This document shows positions 49,308 to 63,544 of a DNA stretch of 64,000 nucleotides, piece after piece. How positions within the stretch are numbered: position 1 is the first letter of the stretch; each line of letters opens with the position of its first letter. The stretch is from Blepharisma stoltei ATCC 30299 (Eukaryota; Protista; Ciliophora): NCBI GenBank assembly GCA_965603825.1, contig CBFDEM010000024.1:1-64000 (forward strand), written 5' to 3'. The position numbers and the translations under genes were made by a program. The notes beneath the pieces were generated by a model. It saw only the letters and a program-made list of their open reading frames with translations, was not told the origin of the DNA and did no database searches.

Positions 49308-52300
49308 TTAATTATTATTTGTATCCTTTATTGATAATATTTGCTTTAAGGCTTCATTTTTGGGGATTTTATGGTTGATTGCAGTGATAGTTTCAAAAAC
49401 TTTAAGCAGTCCTGATATAAGAGTGCTAGAAATGGTGATGTTTTTGACTAAATCCCTCATTTCGAATGAGATGCTGTCTTCTTCTTTGACGAATTCACAG
49501 TGTTTTATTTGGCGGAGTTTGATACTGGCTTTTTTTTCGCCTTTTACGAATAAAAGAACTCTCATAGAGGTGATCAGTATGACGACGTTGTCTAAATCTG
49601 CGAAATTTTGGTACATGACAAGTCTTTCCCACTTATTTTTTATATTTGCTCGAAGAAATTCTTGGGCTTGAGCAATTTCATGGCTATATTTTTCAACAAC
49701 CATAGTCGTCGAAAACTGGCGAGGAAATCTTGATCTGCCTCGCAGCCGCTGTTTACTTCTGTCATTCCAAAAAGGTGAGTTCGCAATCCCACCCGACACC
49801 GAAGCCCCAAAATGCAAAATTGCTGAATATGGCGCTGAAAATGCCCCAAACAAGCCAATTCCTGCACCTTTAATGAACCCTTTCGTCCCTTGCTTTTTGG
49901 CTCCTTTATAAGGCTTTATAAAAATCCCAGCAATCCCTTCACCTATATCTTGCACCCCTCCAATGACTCCATAAAAAGTCCCACTACACAGATTCCTTGT
50001 TTCTCTGATTTTTTCTCTTCCTTCGTCATCTCCACTGACATTTTTAAGAACCCCATAAAGGCTGCCTGTTATTTTTGAAATACTTCCAAACCCACCTGTT
50101 ATTACTTCAGAGACGAGCCCTTTGACACCTTTTCCAACCCCTTTTATGAACTCTTTAGGGCTTTTTAAGAGTCCTTTGTAAGGCTCATTTATAAATTGAT
50201 ATACCCCTTTTCCGAGTTTGTCTAGGAGCTGCACAGGGTTTCCTATTAGATCACTTGACCCTAGGATTTTATATAGCTGATAAAACCCTTGCTTTGCATA
50301 ATGAGCTAAAATCTTCCTTTGGAGGTCTGGAATTGTGCTGAACACATCATTCATTTTCAATTGATTCAGCTTGATAGGTGTTTCTGATATATTAATGATT
50401 GCTCCACCCACAGCTGACAGGATTTGTCCACCAAGGATTTGTCTAGCATCACTTTCCATTTCAAACCTTTTTTTGGAGCTCCTAAACGTCAAATTTAAAT
50501 GCAGGGACTCCAAGTTAATTTCATCAATAAAAACATTATTTGCTTTTTGGTTTGGGATAAATGACAATGATAAGCTAAAAGGGTCTAAATATTTATCAGT
50601 ATCTGTAGCTGATACTATATACATTGCGTTAGACCTAACCATTCTTGGCTCTGAACAAGAGTCCAACAGACTCCGAATCACCGATATTGACATTCTGACC
50701 ACGGGCTGGTCCAGTTGTATTTTAAACTCTTGTAAGCAAAAATGTACGTCAAAAAATTGGTCAAGAATTACACTTTCGGTTAGAGGGTTGCTCAATTTGG
50801 TCCTGCTGAACCCAAGCTGCAAAAAAGGAATGGTATCTTCAGAGCTATTCGCTGGAGAAAAAATGACTGGAAACTGCTTCCCTCTGGCTATCATATTATC
50901 AATCTGAAAATTTCCAAGCTGGTAATGAAATTCTAATCTCTCTTCTAGCTTGGAAGCGATCATTGACTGCTTTACCTTCGCGAAAATACTAATTTTATCG
51001 CAACTTATATAAAAAATTTCTGCCGGAGCATCAGTTATTAAAGAAACCCCTATTTTTTTAAGCTCAATGTCAGCTTTGAAATTAAATAGCCTCATTGATT
51101 TTCTGCATTTATGTAAAGGGTTTATAATGCTTTTTGTAAATTCATCGTTTTCCTTTTTAAATTTTTCATCAATAACGTATAATTCTCTTGTGCAGCCGTT
51201 AAGCTCAACGATTACGTCATAATTAGCGATTTTTTTTGGTTTTTTGGATTTATCTGAAACTTCGTCTATTGGGAAAATTTTGGAATCCTCGCCAATAGTT
51301 AGGCAGATATCTCTAGGATCTAAAGGGTTGAAAATAATAGGAATATAAGACCCAGACAGGACAGTATACTCTCTATATTTAGGGCTTTTCATAAATCTGT
51401 GCTCGTCTGGTCAGGAGTTAGGATCTATTTTTATTTTCTTTTTTACAGCTTTTATTTTTAGAGGCTCAGCAGCTTGGTTTATTATGACAAATTCTGGGTT
51501 GTCAGGCAGCGAAAAATTGACAAAAATAGTGGCTTGGTCTTCAGTAGTTGTGATGACTCTGACTGTATAGTGATAGTCATTAGATGAGTTGGGAAGATTC
51601 CATTTTATTGCTCTAAAGAATGCAGCTAAGCCTTTTTCTTTATTCGGCAGCTCAATTTTGTCAGCTTTTTCTGCTGGAATCCTCATTTGGTATTCATGCA
51701 GCTCGTCAATGTCAAATAAAGGCCCCCATTCAGAACCTCCAGCTTTAGCTTTAAAATACCGTTTCTTCCCATGTGTGAACCTGGTAAAGGCTTTTTTTTC
51801 TCCTTTTTTAAGCTCAATTTCGACCCAGCTTCCATTTTCAAGCTGAAGTAGCTGGATATCAAAATTCAAGCTATTTTCTATAACATACCGCGGGACAAAT
51901 TTAATAATTGTTGATTTCACCATTGGAGCAATCGCATTTTCTCTTATAATCCCAATAGAAATCTCTTCTGTATCATCTGGACGATATTTAATATCAATTG
52001 AATCGGCGACTCCAATAGCATCAATGCTAAAATTTCTTGACCATTCACTTTCTGGTTTCAGCTTAACTTGCATTTTTTTTGCATTGTGGCTCACAAACCC
52101 AGTTGTTCCTTTAAAAAGATGTAGGTTTTCTTCAGTTGACAAAATAAGTTTGTGATCTGTTTTATTTATAAATATATAAGGTGAATAAACTTCAAGCAGC
52201 TTGGCTCCATGGTTTTTATATTCGTCTTGATTCATTTGTTCTTTGCTAAGTTTTTTTATCTTTCTTGTCCTTAAATCAGTTATATCATTTTTTAAATTTT

Positions 52301-55300
52301 TCTTTTTTGTTATATCCATCAGTAAGGACGTAGCAGCCAACAAATCCACATTGTCTTCTTCCTCATTCTCAATTTTTCTTACTTTCAGGCACATTTTTTC
52401 AGTTATTTCTGCTTCAAAGATGTTTTTAATAGCAAAAGACTCAGTTGTAACTTCAGTCCTATCATTATTGTGGGCTCTTAATCTGAAATCTTCTAATTTT
52501 TTTACAGTGTAAATGTCTCTGGATGAGCCAGGATTTATAAAACCGCTTTGGTTTCCATATGAAATATATGATAGTGTGCAGGGAAGCAGATTTCTTAGCA
52601 CTATTGGGGGGTTGAACTGTAAAAACATATGGGTCATGCTTCTTCCCACCTTAAGCTCTAAAATTTCAAAAGCAATTGACCTTCCTTGTTCATGGCGATC
52701 TTCAGAAGGGTTTGAAATTAATCCTGGCCGATCCAGAACATTTCTATTGCATATGAGAGCTTCATTAAGCCAGCTCGTAGGCAAAGGTACTGAAGAATAC
52801 GCAGGCAGCTCAACCTCTCCAAGTCTTGAAACAATTTTTAGGTCCATTCTTGTATTGTTCATAAGCGTCTTATTTGTCTGGATTTTTATTATTCTTTCAT
52901 TATTTCTGCACTCTACTTCAATAATTACAACCTCATCGCCTATTTTTCTAGCTTTGGTTTTGGAGTCTTCCATCCCAAATGGCCTTGAAAAATTTTCTCC
53001 AATTCTGATTAACAGTTTTGCTGGGGCTCTAATGGTTTTTGATGTCCCTTTCTTTGAATAAATCCGATTTAAGTCATTTTGAGAGTAATATGCACAGATT
53101 ACGTCTGTAATTAGCGTTTCCTGAGCATTGTCTTTATCTATTTTAATATAGATGTCTTTTCCTAGTAAATTAACAATTTTATATTCGATGTCTTTATGCA
53201 TTCTTTCTACGGTCCCAGGCCTGCTTTCTACTTCATTTTCAGTAGGGACAGTCTCGATTGCATACATTACAGAGCCAATTGTTTTCATTAAATCATAAGT
53301 AACATTTATATTCAAGTCTTCTTTTGAGGAAAATTGTATATTAAACCTTTTACTTTCGTCTTGGATTGCATTGATTTCCATAGTCCACTCTTCAATTAAC
53401 GGCTCTCAAGACGCTACATTCAAGTTATAATAATTTATCAAAATTATAGTGCTAAAATTAACTGCAAGCTGAGGCATTATTTGCATATCCACTCCAAAAT
53501 TGCTGAAACTGGCATGGCAGAGCTCATATGATTTTTTAATTTTATCTTGTATTAAAGTAAACTGTAAAGAGTCACATATAAGCTCAGCCCGAAAAATATC
53601 TTTACTGATTTCCTTTTCTGGCTTTACGATAGGAACTGTAGATTCCTCATCATTATTTGTTTGAGTTGGGAGTATTGACATTCATTTAGCAGCTAATTCT
53701 TTGAAAAAATCAATATCTCTGAACCCAGCAGTCAGAGAAATGCTTTCTAAATTGAGGGAAGCTTCACTTAAGACTGTATTTTCTTTAGGCTCTTTTTTTG
53801 AAGAATAATTTATGATAATTCTAGATGGAGTGATTAGGTCTTGGATATGCCAGAAATTTGGGGTTATTAAATGGTTTTTGCAGGTTCCTAGTTGGATTGT
53901 GAAATGGCGGACTGCCAGAGAGAGCTCGTCGTCAATGAAGATTGAGGATGAGCCTTTGGTAGTTCGAGTGGAATTGTAATGGGCGATTGGTGATCAATTT
54001 ATACTTAAAATTTGAGAATTATTGGCTTCTGATAACGGCAGCCAGATCTCGAAGCAGCTGACCGACAAGCTTGCTTCTATTGTATTATTAGATATTTTTG
54101 GCTCAGATTTCTCAGCAGCTTGAGCTTTGGCTTGAGGCTTAAATCCAGGTTTTCCCGAAAAATCTTTTGAAAAGTCTATCAAATTCTTAATAAAAGAATG
54201 CACAAGGATAATCCTAATCCCACTTATCAGAGCTGAAACTTGAGTGACACCTTTTGAGCTGTCAACAATAACCCCAGCTCTGACTTGAGGAGCCAACAGC
54301 TGGCGTTCATCATTTAAAAATTCTCCATTTTCCGCCCTCACCTGAGGATTTGACATAATTGCCCTAAAATAAGCCTCTTCTCTCATATCCAAAATATCCA
54401 TTCTCCTTAAACTAAAATCAATTCCCATACTTCCTCCTGCAAACGCTTCATGCTCTATTTTAAGCCCTCTAAACGCGCATCACAAAATTTCCGAATTTTT
54501 CGAAAAAATTGATGTCGAAATTTCTCTGATTTCTAAAAAAATTTTCATAGAGCTTTTATGTGAAATTTCTTTTTCTGCATTTAATAATGATAAATTAATG
54601 TTTTCTGGCAAAGAAATGTTGCTATTTACTAATGGAGAATTCAGAATTGGTTCTAATGTTCTCATCAATATTTGATGAAATTCCTGGGCTGTCGAAAGTA
54701 AATAATCATTGAAATTTATTTTTATTTTTTTTAATTTTGCGTCGATTATCATTGGTGTCACGTCTTTATTTTTTGTTTTTGATATTTTAAAGTCAAAGCT
54801 GATAGGCTCTAAAATGTCGCTTCCTGTGATCCCAATATTAAATTTTGTCAGTTCAAAAGCATAAAATTCATACAAAATTCCTTCAATTTCTTCATTTCCA
54901 TTAAAAATATTAAACCTGCCGAAATCGAAAATAAAATACCCAGCCTCCATTCTTTTTAGGTCTAGAGGTATCTTGAATTTAGGCGCTGACAAATGCAAAT
55001 TTATTTTCATGGGTTGTTTTTCCTGCTGAATTATAGCTTCGTCGACATATTTTTTGCTGAGTTCTACATAATAATTCACTTTAGCATTTGCCTGAGTCTG
55101 GTAAAAATCAGAATCAATTTCTTGAATTAATTCTTTTTGAAAAGTCTTATAAACTTCTAATATGCTATATATATTGAGATTATAGCAAAAATCTCCAGAG
55201 TCTACATCAATGCTATTTATTCCAAAAGTGGAATATTTCGCATGCAAATGGCCGCTTTCCATGATTTTCCGATTTCCTTTGCAGACTTTGTCAGTGATAT

Positions 55301-56867
55301 ACATAGAGTTTATTTTGGCTTCGACAATAATGCTTGATGGTTTTATGGCGGCGTCTACATAAGTGCTCAAAATTTCCCACGAAGACAGTTTTGATTTTGA
55401 AGAGTTCAAATGGAAGCTTTGTCGGTCTATTTTTAATTTCAAAACAAATTTATCAGAGAATTCTGGCATATTTCGCTCATCAAATGTGTCGACGCCAGAA
55501 ACGAGCTCTAAAAGTTCATTTCTTGCTTCATTATAGCTGCCTCCTAGGATTTCTTCTAGCTCTTGTTGGCATTTGGCAATTTTTTCTTCCATTTCCTGTT
55601 TTTCTCTATTCAGAGTCTCTTCTGACTTCCCATACCCAAACATTCTTTTAAAAGATCCAGGTCTTTTTTGTTTGTAGCTCGCTTTTATTTCTTCGATTTC
55701 TTTTCGTTTTTCATCAGCGAGTTTTCTCATTCCTATTTCCTTAATCACATTTTCTCGCTGTTTTAAAATATCAGAAAGCTCAAAAATTTCTTCCATTTTT
55801 TGGAGCTCAAGTAAATTTTCTTCAGAAAATTTCCTAGACAGTCTATTATTATCACCACTAAAGCTTCTTCAGTTCTTATAAGTGGTGCAATATCTTATCA
55901 TATCTTCGTGAGTCATTGTTTTATAAGATTCTGACTTAGCAACTCCTTCTCTGAATTTAAAGAACTGAGATATGAATTCTCCCAGCTTGATAAAATGGGT
56001 GATTTGGGTGACCACAATGCCAGCTTCGATTTTTTCAGAAGAAATGCTGACAGAGTACTGAGGTTTTGAAGTATCTTTTGCGTCTTTATTCATAATCAGC
56101 TCAATTCTTAAAGAGACTGGAGAAATTATGTATCGATGATTTATCTGTTCAGCGAATTCCTGCTGAGCTAGATGCTCAAGGGATTGCTTTTCGCCCATCC
56201 CAGGAACGTGCTCAAAAGCTACCAAATTAAATTTTTCTCCAAAATCTGAAAAAATCGCAAAATTCCTCAGGTTTATCAATTTAAAGCAAATTAAATTGCT
56301 TTCCATAAACTGTTTTTCCCAGCTAGAATTGCATGTAAAACAGCTTATTTCTTCAATTTTCAATCCAACTGCAAATTTCTGCGAAAACGATTCTGTGTCT
56401 TCAAACCTTACATACACATTTTTTAATTCCACCTGGATATTATCCACGATTTTTCTAAATAATTTTTCAATCATTCCTGGACTGCTGGCTACAGCAACTT
56501 CTTCAGAATTCATTATCTCAAATTTATCAATTTGAGATCTTCTTCATTTTTGATTGATTGTCCGCTGCTCTTGTTCGTCCCAGTTTGCTTTTGGATAAGG
56601 CAGCAGGAAAACTATTACATCTTTTATGATGATTTTCAAAGGACTTGAGCCCAGCGAAGTCCATGGTATTGAGACTTGGATAGTCCCTACATAGCCACTT
56701 CCCAATTTAAAAGGAAAACCGAGCTTATCTAATGCTTCTGATTTTACACGAAGATCCTCTAGGGACACTTTTCCGCTGAATATTGATAAGTTTAGTTGAT
56801 CTGGGTTAAGATTTTCAATGAAGTCTCCTAAGACACTATTAAGAACCTTGGAAACAACTTTATTCAT
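49308..56867 (-). CDS. VPS13: VPS13 lipid-transfer protein (~2519 aa, no introns needed)
   Basis: Chorein-N (LGDFIENL..QLNLSIFSG.V.L.DL..IPW.SL), WEPLIE, KFVPRY, QIDN, ILGS.DLIGNP, GKG..G repeats. Seven ORFs join in one frame through TGA=Trp. Confidence 0.95.
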
Positions 56868-57017
56868 ATTTAAGGTTTATTAAGAAGCAAAAACAACAGT
56901 ATTTATTGGTAAGGATACTGAATTTTGTGCAAAATCAATATGGATTAGTAAAAATCTGAAAAGGAAACGGATAAATCAAGCTTTAAAATATTGTTTTATC
57001 AATTTTTATGGTAGAGT

Positions 57018-58883
57018 TTAATTACTTTGAAGCAAAGTTTGTATGTGAATCAAGTTTGGTAAAGGCCTTCCGATATAATGAGTTTCCATGTATGAAATAA
57101 GCTGCCTAAATGCTTTCATAATTTGTAGTGTTGCAGAATTGAGGACTTCTTTGTAGTTTTTCTCATCCAATACACTTCGCAGTGCATTATTGAAACTTGG
57201 GTAAATTCCCATAATCCTATTTGAGCTCTCCATAAGTGCAGCTTCTGCTTCTTCATATGGCAAAATAGGGCTATTTTTCCCTCGAATAATGAAAATAATA
57301 ATTGGATTCGCTATTTCATGGAAGACTTTCACGACAAAACTCTTGCAGGCTTCTTTTAGCTCATTTTCCAAGATTTTCCTCACATCTAAATTGCTTTCCA
57401 TAAATTTCGGAGCCCCAGAATTTACAATTTCTGCTAAAACCCCTTCTTTTTGTAGAGAAACTTCTCCCATAATTAGTTTCCAAAACAGCCGCTTTGTGTC
57501 GCTGAAATCAAGCTCTTTAACTGTATAGCAGTTTATTTCTGACATGGCAAGGATTTCTTTCCTTAACAGCAGGATATGCTTTATAAGAAATGCGTGGCCG
57601 TCAATAAAATCATCTTGTGGCATTGATTTTTTCAGCGCTGACAAACACAGGCTAACAGCTTCTTGGGCAAGACCTTGAAAAATCTCGTTTTCCACCCCAA
57701 TCACCAATTTTGATAGTAAATTTGTAGTAATTTTAAGAGCTGGGTGTTTTTCGTCATTAGACCTTAATGGGACTATGCTCTCATTTATATAAAGCTGCAC
57801 TGAATATATTAATCTTTCTTGGATGTCTTGGTAAATTCTTACTAAAATGCTGAGATCTTCTTTAATAAAGTCCCTTTTCATCATTAAGGCAAGCTCACAA
57901 AGGATGTCTACGCTCTGCTCTTGGATCATTTTTTCTCGGCAGCTTTCGTAAAGTCCGACACATAAACTGTTCATTTGTTGCTTTATAGGTTTTAAGGACT
58001 CTTCTGATTTTTCAGCTGTGAAGTAGCTTATAAATAAGTCTTTTTCTTTTTTCCAAGCTGTTTTGATAATTTCACAGATAACTCTTATATGGTCGACAAT
58101 TGATTGTGGGATATTTGTCAGCTCATTTTGCTTCTTTTTGATAGCTTTTTGTAAATGCCGACTTCTGATTCTAAAATAAGCTGTCTGGATATTTTCTATC
58201 AAAGACCCATAGATATTTTCTGGGTCAATTTTTGACTTCAAATGCTGTATAATCGCTTCAATTTCTTCAAAATTCGGCACTTTCTTATAAAAATTGTCAG
58301 CTTGTGAATAAAACAGATGAAGCTGCTCTGCGCACGAGTTTGCAAACTTATCAACCCAATGAACTTGCAGATCTTTATATAGCCTTAAATAGTCATCTCT
58401 TTCAAAGTAATGAGGATTTTCATTGAAAAAAGAAATCCCGTCCTCAATTTGAGCTAAAATTTCCAAGAATTTTTTCCTTGAAGTAACTGGGTCATTTGCC
58501 AATAATTCAATTTGATTTTCTAGTGATTCTAAATGTAAATAATAAAAATGTTTTGAATGCAGCTCAGAGTTTAGCTTGACTAAATATTCACGTTCTTTTA
58601 AGAGGTTTGAGCATTCTGAATTTAATTTTTTGCTCTGAGCAAGCATTTTTTCTCTGACTATATTGAGTTGTTCAAGAATTGACAGCATATTTAAAGAAGC
58701 TTTGTATGAGTTTTCTGATTCTCCTTTGTATCTCTCGAGCTCTGCTAGGACTAATGCAGATCAAGCTGGTGGCTCTTCAGGTTTGACAGGCTCTGCTATT
58801 TCCGGGATATATTCTTCTTTTTGGATTAATTGTCTTGCAGATTTGGTAAGAATTGCGTATTTTTCCCACTCTTCATAGCCCAT
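57018..58883 (-). CDS. COG3: COG complex subunit 3 (Sec34)
   Basis: QDIQERL, FQGLAQEAV..C, FLIKH.L.LR, ELDFS; extended through TGA to ATG 58883. Confidence 0.88.
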
Positions 58884-58936
58884 GTTATAATTATAAGAAA
58901 TATATGATTTTCTATTAAATTATTATTAGATTTCAA

Positions 58937-60676
58937 CTACCCAAAAGTCCTTAAAGTTTGGTCAGTAAAGAACCTTACATCTCTGTCTTCATCCTTATTC
59001 AGCATCCTCAATGAAGTTTTAATTTGATCTCTTGTGCCTGCATCTTTTAGTATTGGGGAAATCTCTTTTATTAGTTTTGCCAAGTTAAATCTAATGTTCG
59101 GAACGGCATCTGAGCTTAGTCTTACTAAAACTGGGACTATAGTGGATATGATTTTTTCAGGCGAAATATTCCCAATAATTGCTTTTAATGTAAAAATGGT
59201 CGACAGTCTTTTAATATGGCTCTCACTGCTATGTCCTTCTAAAATTTCATCAAGCAGTTTTTCCTCCACCCAGCTCGTCCTAAACAAGTCTGCAATCTCT
59301 TTATACCCCTTAATCGCAGCTTCCCTCACTGAATACACAGTATCGCCATATAATTTTTTCATGACCCCGCTCAAATGTGTCTCAAAAAATTCCTGCCCTA
59401 GCTGCTTACACAATAATGGTATGCATTCCGCAATTTTTTTCCTTATTCTCCACTGTTTATCATCACTAAGCTCCTGTATCGCTGGCATTACGCTTTGTGC
59501 TAGACTTTCAGCTCCAATTACATTACTTAGCCCTTCTAAATCATTAAATAAACAAATTCTAATCTCTGGGGAAGGGTCTCTTAATAGGTCTAAAAAGAGT
59601 GACATTATATATTGATTTGTGTTTTGTTTCCCTATAATTGAAGAAAGTTTCGTCAAATTTGTAGCGAATGACGCTTTTACGTAGTCGACGTCTATAGCAA
59701 GTGGAGCTAAAACAGGCAAAATATTATTAGAGATTTCGTCTACAGTCAAAAATTTTGAAAAATCCCAGAGCCTTTGACACGCGGAAGTCCTGACTTCACC
59801 TTCATTGTCTTGGAGAAATTTCACGAAGGAAGGCAAGAGAAGCCCCACTTTGTGCTCGGCAGGCAAAATATTGCAAAGTTCAGCGATTTTGTCACAGAGT
59901 AAATACCTGATTCTTCAGCTTTTGTCTTCTAGAAGCATTCTTAGCACTGGGATGTAGGTGGAATTTACCTTGGCAGGGGTCGCCCTGCAGCAAAATGATA
60001 GTAGGTCGTCAACGGCGAGTATTCTGACAGTGTCATCTTTGTCGGTTGCTACAAGTCCTAAGAATTCATTTAAATTGTTTTCAAAGGAAGGGTGGACTAG
60101 GATAGGCAATAATTTGAGCCCTTCTGCAGCTGATTTTCTGACAGATGGGTTGGGGTTTCCTAAAAGTTCTCTGTAGTTTGAAAGCATAATGTTCTGGGAC
60201 TCAGGAGACATCCCTCGAATTGCTGCAGGGATTAATTGAGCGGCTCCACTTTTTGAGGAAATTCATTCAGCGTCACTCATTTTTCTGATAACTCCTATAA
60301 TTAATCCTTCTAGTTTAGAAGTATCAATCTGCCCTAATATGATTTTGAAGCTTTTCAAAGCTGCAGATCTCACTGAAGAATCTTCGACTTGTGAAAGCTG
60401 CTCTAATAGCTCAAAAAGAATATGAGCAAAGTTTCTCCCACCTACATATTCCACCATTTCTGAGAGAATTTCAGCAAGTGGTAACAGGACCAGCTCTTCA
60501 TCGTCAAGAAGCTCAGATAAATAAGGGATCAATTCATTTCGCGTTCTTTCGTAACCAAGAGCACTCGCAATAATAGGGAGATTTTTGACTGAGTTTATAC
60601 GTCTTGAGATGTCGTCACTTTTTAGTTCATCTATTAGAAGGGCTATTGGGTATAAAGAATTTTGATCTTCAACCAT
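58937..60676 (-). CDS. PPP2R1A: PP2A 65-kDa scaffold A subunit (579 aa)
   Basis: LYPIA.LIDELK..D...R.NS, RTR.ELIP, DKSW(TGA)R.RY, WRIR, VPNIRFN, D.DVRFF HEAT repeats. Confidence 0.96.
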
Positions 60677-60771
60677 TATGAAATCTTATAAATGGATTAG
60701 TTCTTAAATATTGAAGTTTTTTTTGATGAATTTAGCGGATAATGCTAATATTAGTGATTTAAGTAGCATTT

Positions 60772-61827
60772 TTATTTAAAAGCTTTCCCAATGACTTCTT
60801 TGATACTTTGATAGCCTTCTGTCTTTAAAGCATTTTCAAGCTCTTGTGTGATTTTTCCTACAATTTGGGTGCCTTCCAAGTTCACAGCTGAATAAATTTG
60901 GACCAGAGAAGCTCCTGCTTTTAAGCGTTTTAAAGCTTCTTGGCCATTCATAATCCCACCGCTGCTTATCAATGCAATGTCTCCTTTTGTGTATTGATAA
61001 AATTCTTTCAATTTATTTATAGCTTGTTCTGCTAAGATTTCTCCTCCTTCCCCTTTTTCATTAGTCCCTGACAAAATAATTCCATCAATCCCTTCTTCTT
61101 TGCAAACATTCACAAAATTTTTCGCTTCAAAACCTTCATTATCAATTTTCACAAAAATCGGAGGAATCAAACTTCTTGATCTATAAGGGATTTCTACATC
61201 TAGCCCAGTCTTTGCAGCCACTTGCAGCCCAATCAGCATATCCCTCTCCCTAACCGCTCTTCTAAATAAATCCCTATACTTAGATTCTTTCCTATATAAC
61301 TGTAACTTGTTTACTCTATTTGCTGCTAAATTCAGCGTAAAATAGTCCACAAATGGATAAATTTCGTCAATGCAATATATAAATTCATCGTCACATATAG
61401 AAGGAAGCGCTGTAATTGTTTCGTTTGACGGCATAATATTAGCTCCTCTTGGTCCTTTTGCATTTTGCCTCAGTTTTTGGACAATCCATAGGATTCCTCG
61501 TTTTTCATCAACATTTTCCTGTATGCATTTTTTGTTTTGATAGTCAATTTTTTCTGTTTTTTGGCCTTGTTTTCGTTCAGTTGAGGCTGTAACAGAGCCA
61601 ACTTCGACAAAGCCAAAACCACAGCGAAATAGAGGGTCGAGGAAGTCTCCATTTCTGTCAAGTCCTGCAGCTGCTCCTATAGGAGATGGGAAATTAATTC
61701 CGCAAACTTCAGTTTCTAAGTCTTTGCTTGGGGTGAAAGGGGTGCTTCAGTCTGCAAGTTTAAGGTTAAGATAATGGGCAGTGGAGCCTGGGAGAGTATC
61801 TCGAAATATTGAGTATAAAGCACCCAT
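60772..61827 (-). CDS. Divergent class-2 dihydroorotate dehydrogenase-like protein (351 aa)
   Basis: PIGAAAGLDRNG, GFGFVEVGSVT, FVKI, GGI..G.EA..R+KAGASLVQ.YS. Single frame from ATG 61827. Confidence 0.85.
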
Positions 61828-62455
61828 TTATAAATAAGCTTGAATTGTTTTATAGGCTATTTATTAAAAGAAATTGAGCTTCTTAAGGCTTGCAAATCTT
61901 ATTATGTTCAATATTAGGCTAAGGATTACTGAAAAGCTCAGAGAAAATATTAAACTGTTATTTTTAGTTTTATAAGATTTGGCATTCATCTTTAAAAGAT
62001 TATTGACTCAAAGTAATCGGTCAAGAAGCAATTTGCCTTTTTATTATATATTTAAATAGGCATTTTTGATTTTTGGATCTAGAAGTTAATAAAGATGAAT
62101 CAAATATGATATTGCCAGAGCATTAATAAAAATTTAAAAGACTAGCAATAAAATATAAAATTTTACTAAAGAATTCTTAAGTTTATCCGATATTTATTTT
62201 GCATTAAAAAAATCCTTCATATGCATGCAAATAAAGTAATATCAAGCTAAATCTATTATCTCTAACCTCTATAAGTTTATTAAATATCCTATATTTTAAT
62301 CTTTTTTAATACTAAAATTTTTAATTTTAACTGGAATTGTCAGTAATGATAATAAAACTTTAAATAATATGATAATAATTTTTATTCCTAATAAAATCAT
62401 AAAATCTGCTTGATCTGAGCACAATTTCATAATCACGTTATAGTCAATAAAAATA

Positions 62456-62528
62456 AGCCTCCATCCGGGTTTGAACCGGAGACCTTTTGCTTACTAAGCA
62501 AATGCTCTGCCAACTGAGCTATAGAGGC
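62456..62528 (-). tRNA. tRNA-Thr(AGT)
   Basis: Cloverleaf GCCTCTA-TAGCTCAGTTGGCAGAGC-TTTGC TTAGTAA GCAAA-GGTTCAAACCC-TGGAGGC, followed by a T-rich Pol III terminator. Confidence 0.95.
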
Positions 62529-62635
62529 AGCAATGTCTCTTTTCTCTTCTTCTATAAATACCCATCATACCAATATTTCAAATTATTTCATTCCTAACAA
62601 ATTAATCAAAATGACTTTATAATCCATTATTTCGA

Positions 62636-63508
62636 ATGAACCCATTAATTTCAGTCCAAGAATTCACAAACCAGCCTGCAGAGAACTTCAATATAGTCTT
62701 CTGCTCACCTCCTTCAAATAGCCAAAACTCATTTATTCCAAATTCTTATATTTATTACATATCAGACGACACAGAAGAATTTATCAAAGATGCACGCAGT
62801 ATTGAATTTGACGAAGAAGAAAAAACCATCATTTGCTATGACGACGGCTCCTTTAACTATGCCAGTAAAGCATATTGAGGATTCAAAGCTACTGGTGTTG
62901 ATGAAGTCAGAATTTTAATCGGTGGCTTAAAAGTATGCCAAGAAATAGGTCTAGAGCTCGACGAAGGCGAGCCTCCTGAGATTACCAAATCAAACCACCC
63001 TTATTTGCCTTTCAATAACTCAGTTGTCTTCACAAAAGAAGAATTCGCTAAGAAAAGCGTGTATTGCCAACAAATTCTGCGAGCTAATAGTCTGCCTTTT
63101 AATTTGCTTGACGCTAGAGGAAATTTAATACTGCAAACACAATTAGTCAAAAATTTCGAAAATCATGGAATCACGTTCAGCACTGGAAAATCGACCATTG
63201 TGCATGGGAAATCTGCCTGCTTGCTAGGGGTTTTATTGACATTTTTAGGCGAAAAATCAGTGAGTGTCGTTATTGATGATACTGAAGGCGTTTTGGCAGG
63301 AAATAAAGGACGGGCTTCAAAAAAGAGAGAATTGTCGTTCCATATAATGCCTGACGGGTCTGATGTCCCTGATAGTGGGGCTACTAGATCACCTAAAAAG
63401 CCTGATGAAACACATTATATGCTGCCTGTTGAAGACGGAAATGAAACCAAAAAGCCTGAAGCTGGGAGGTCAAATACAATATGCTGCAGCGCATGTAGTA
63501 TATTTTAA
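62636..63508 (+). CDS. Degenerate tandem rhodanese/sulfurtransferase-like protein with C-terminal CaaX-like tail (290 aa)
   Basis: FIPNS, IICYDD....ASKAYW(TGA), EVRILIGGL; ends CCSACSIF. Confidence 0.7.
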
Positions 63509-63544
63509 GATAAATAATTGCAAAAATTATCAGAAAAATTCAAA

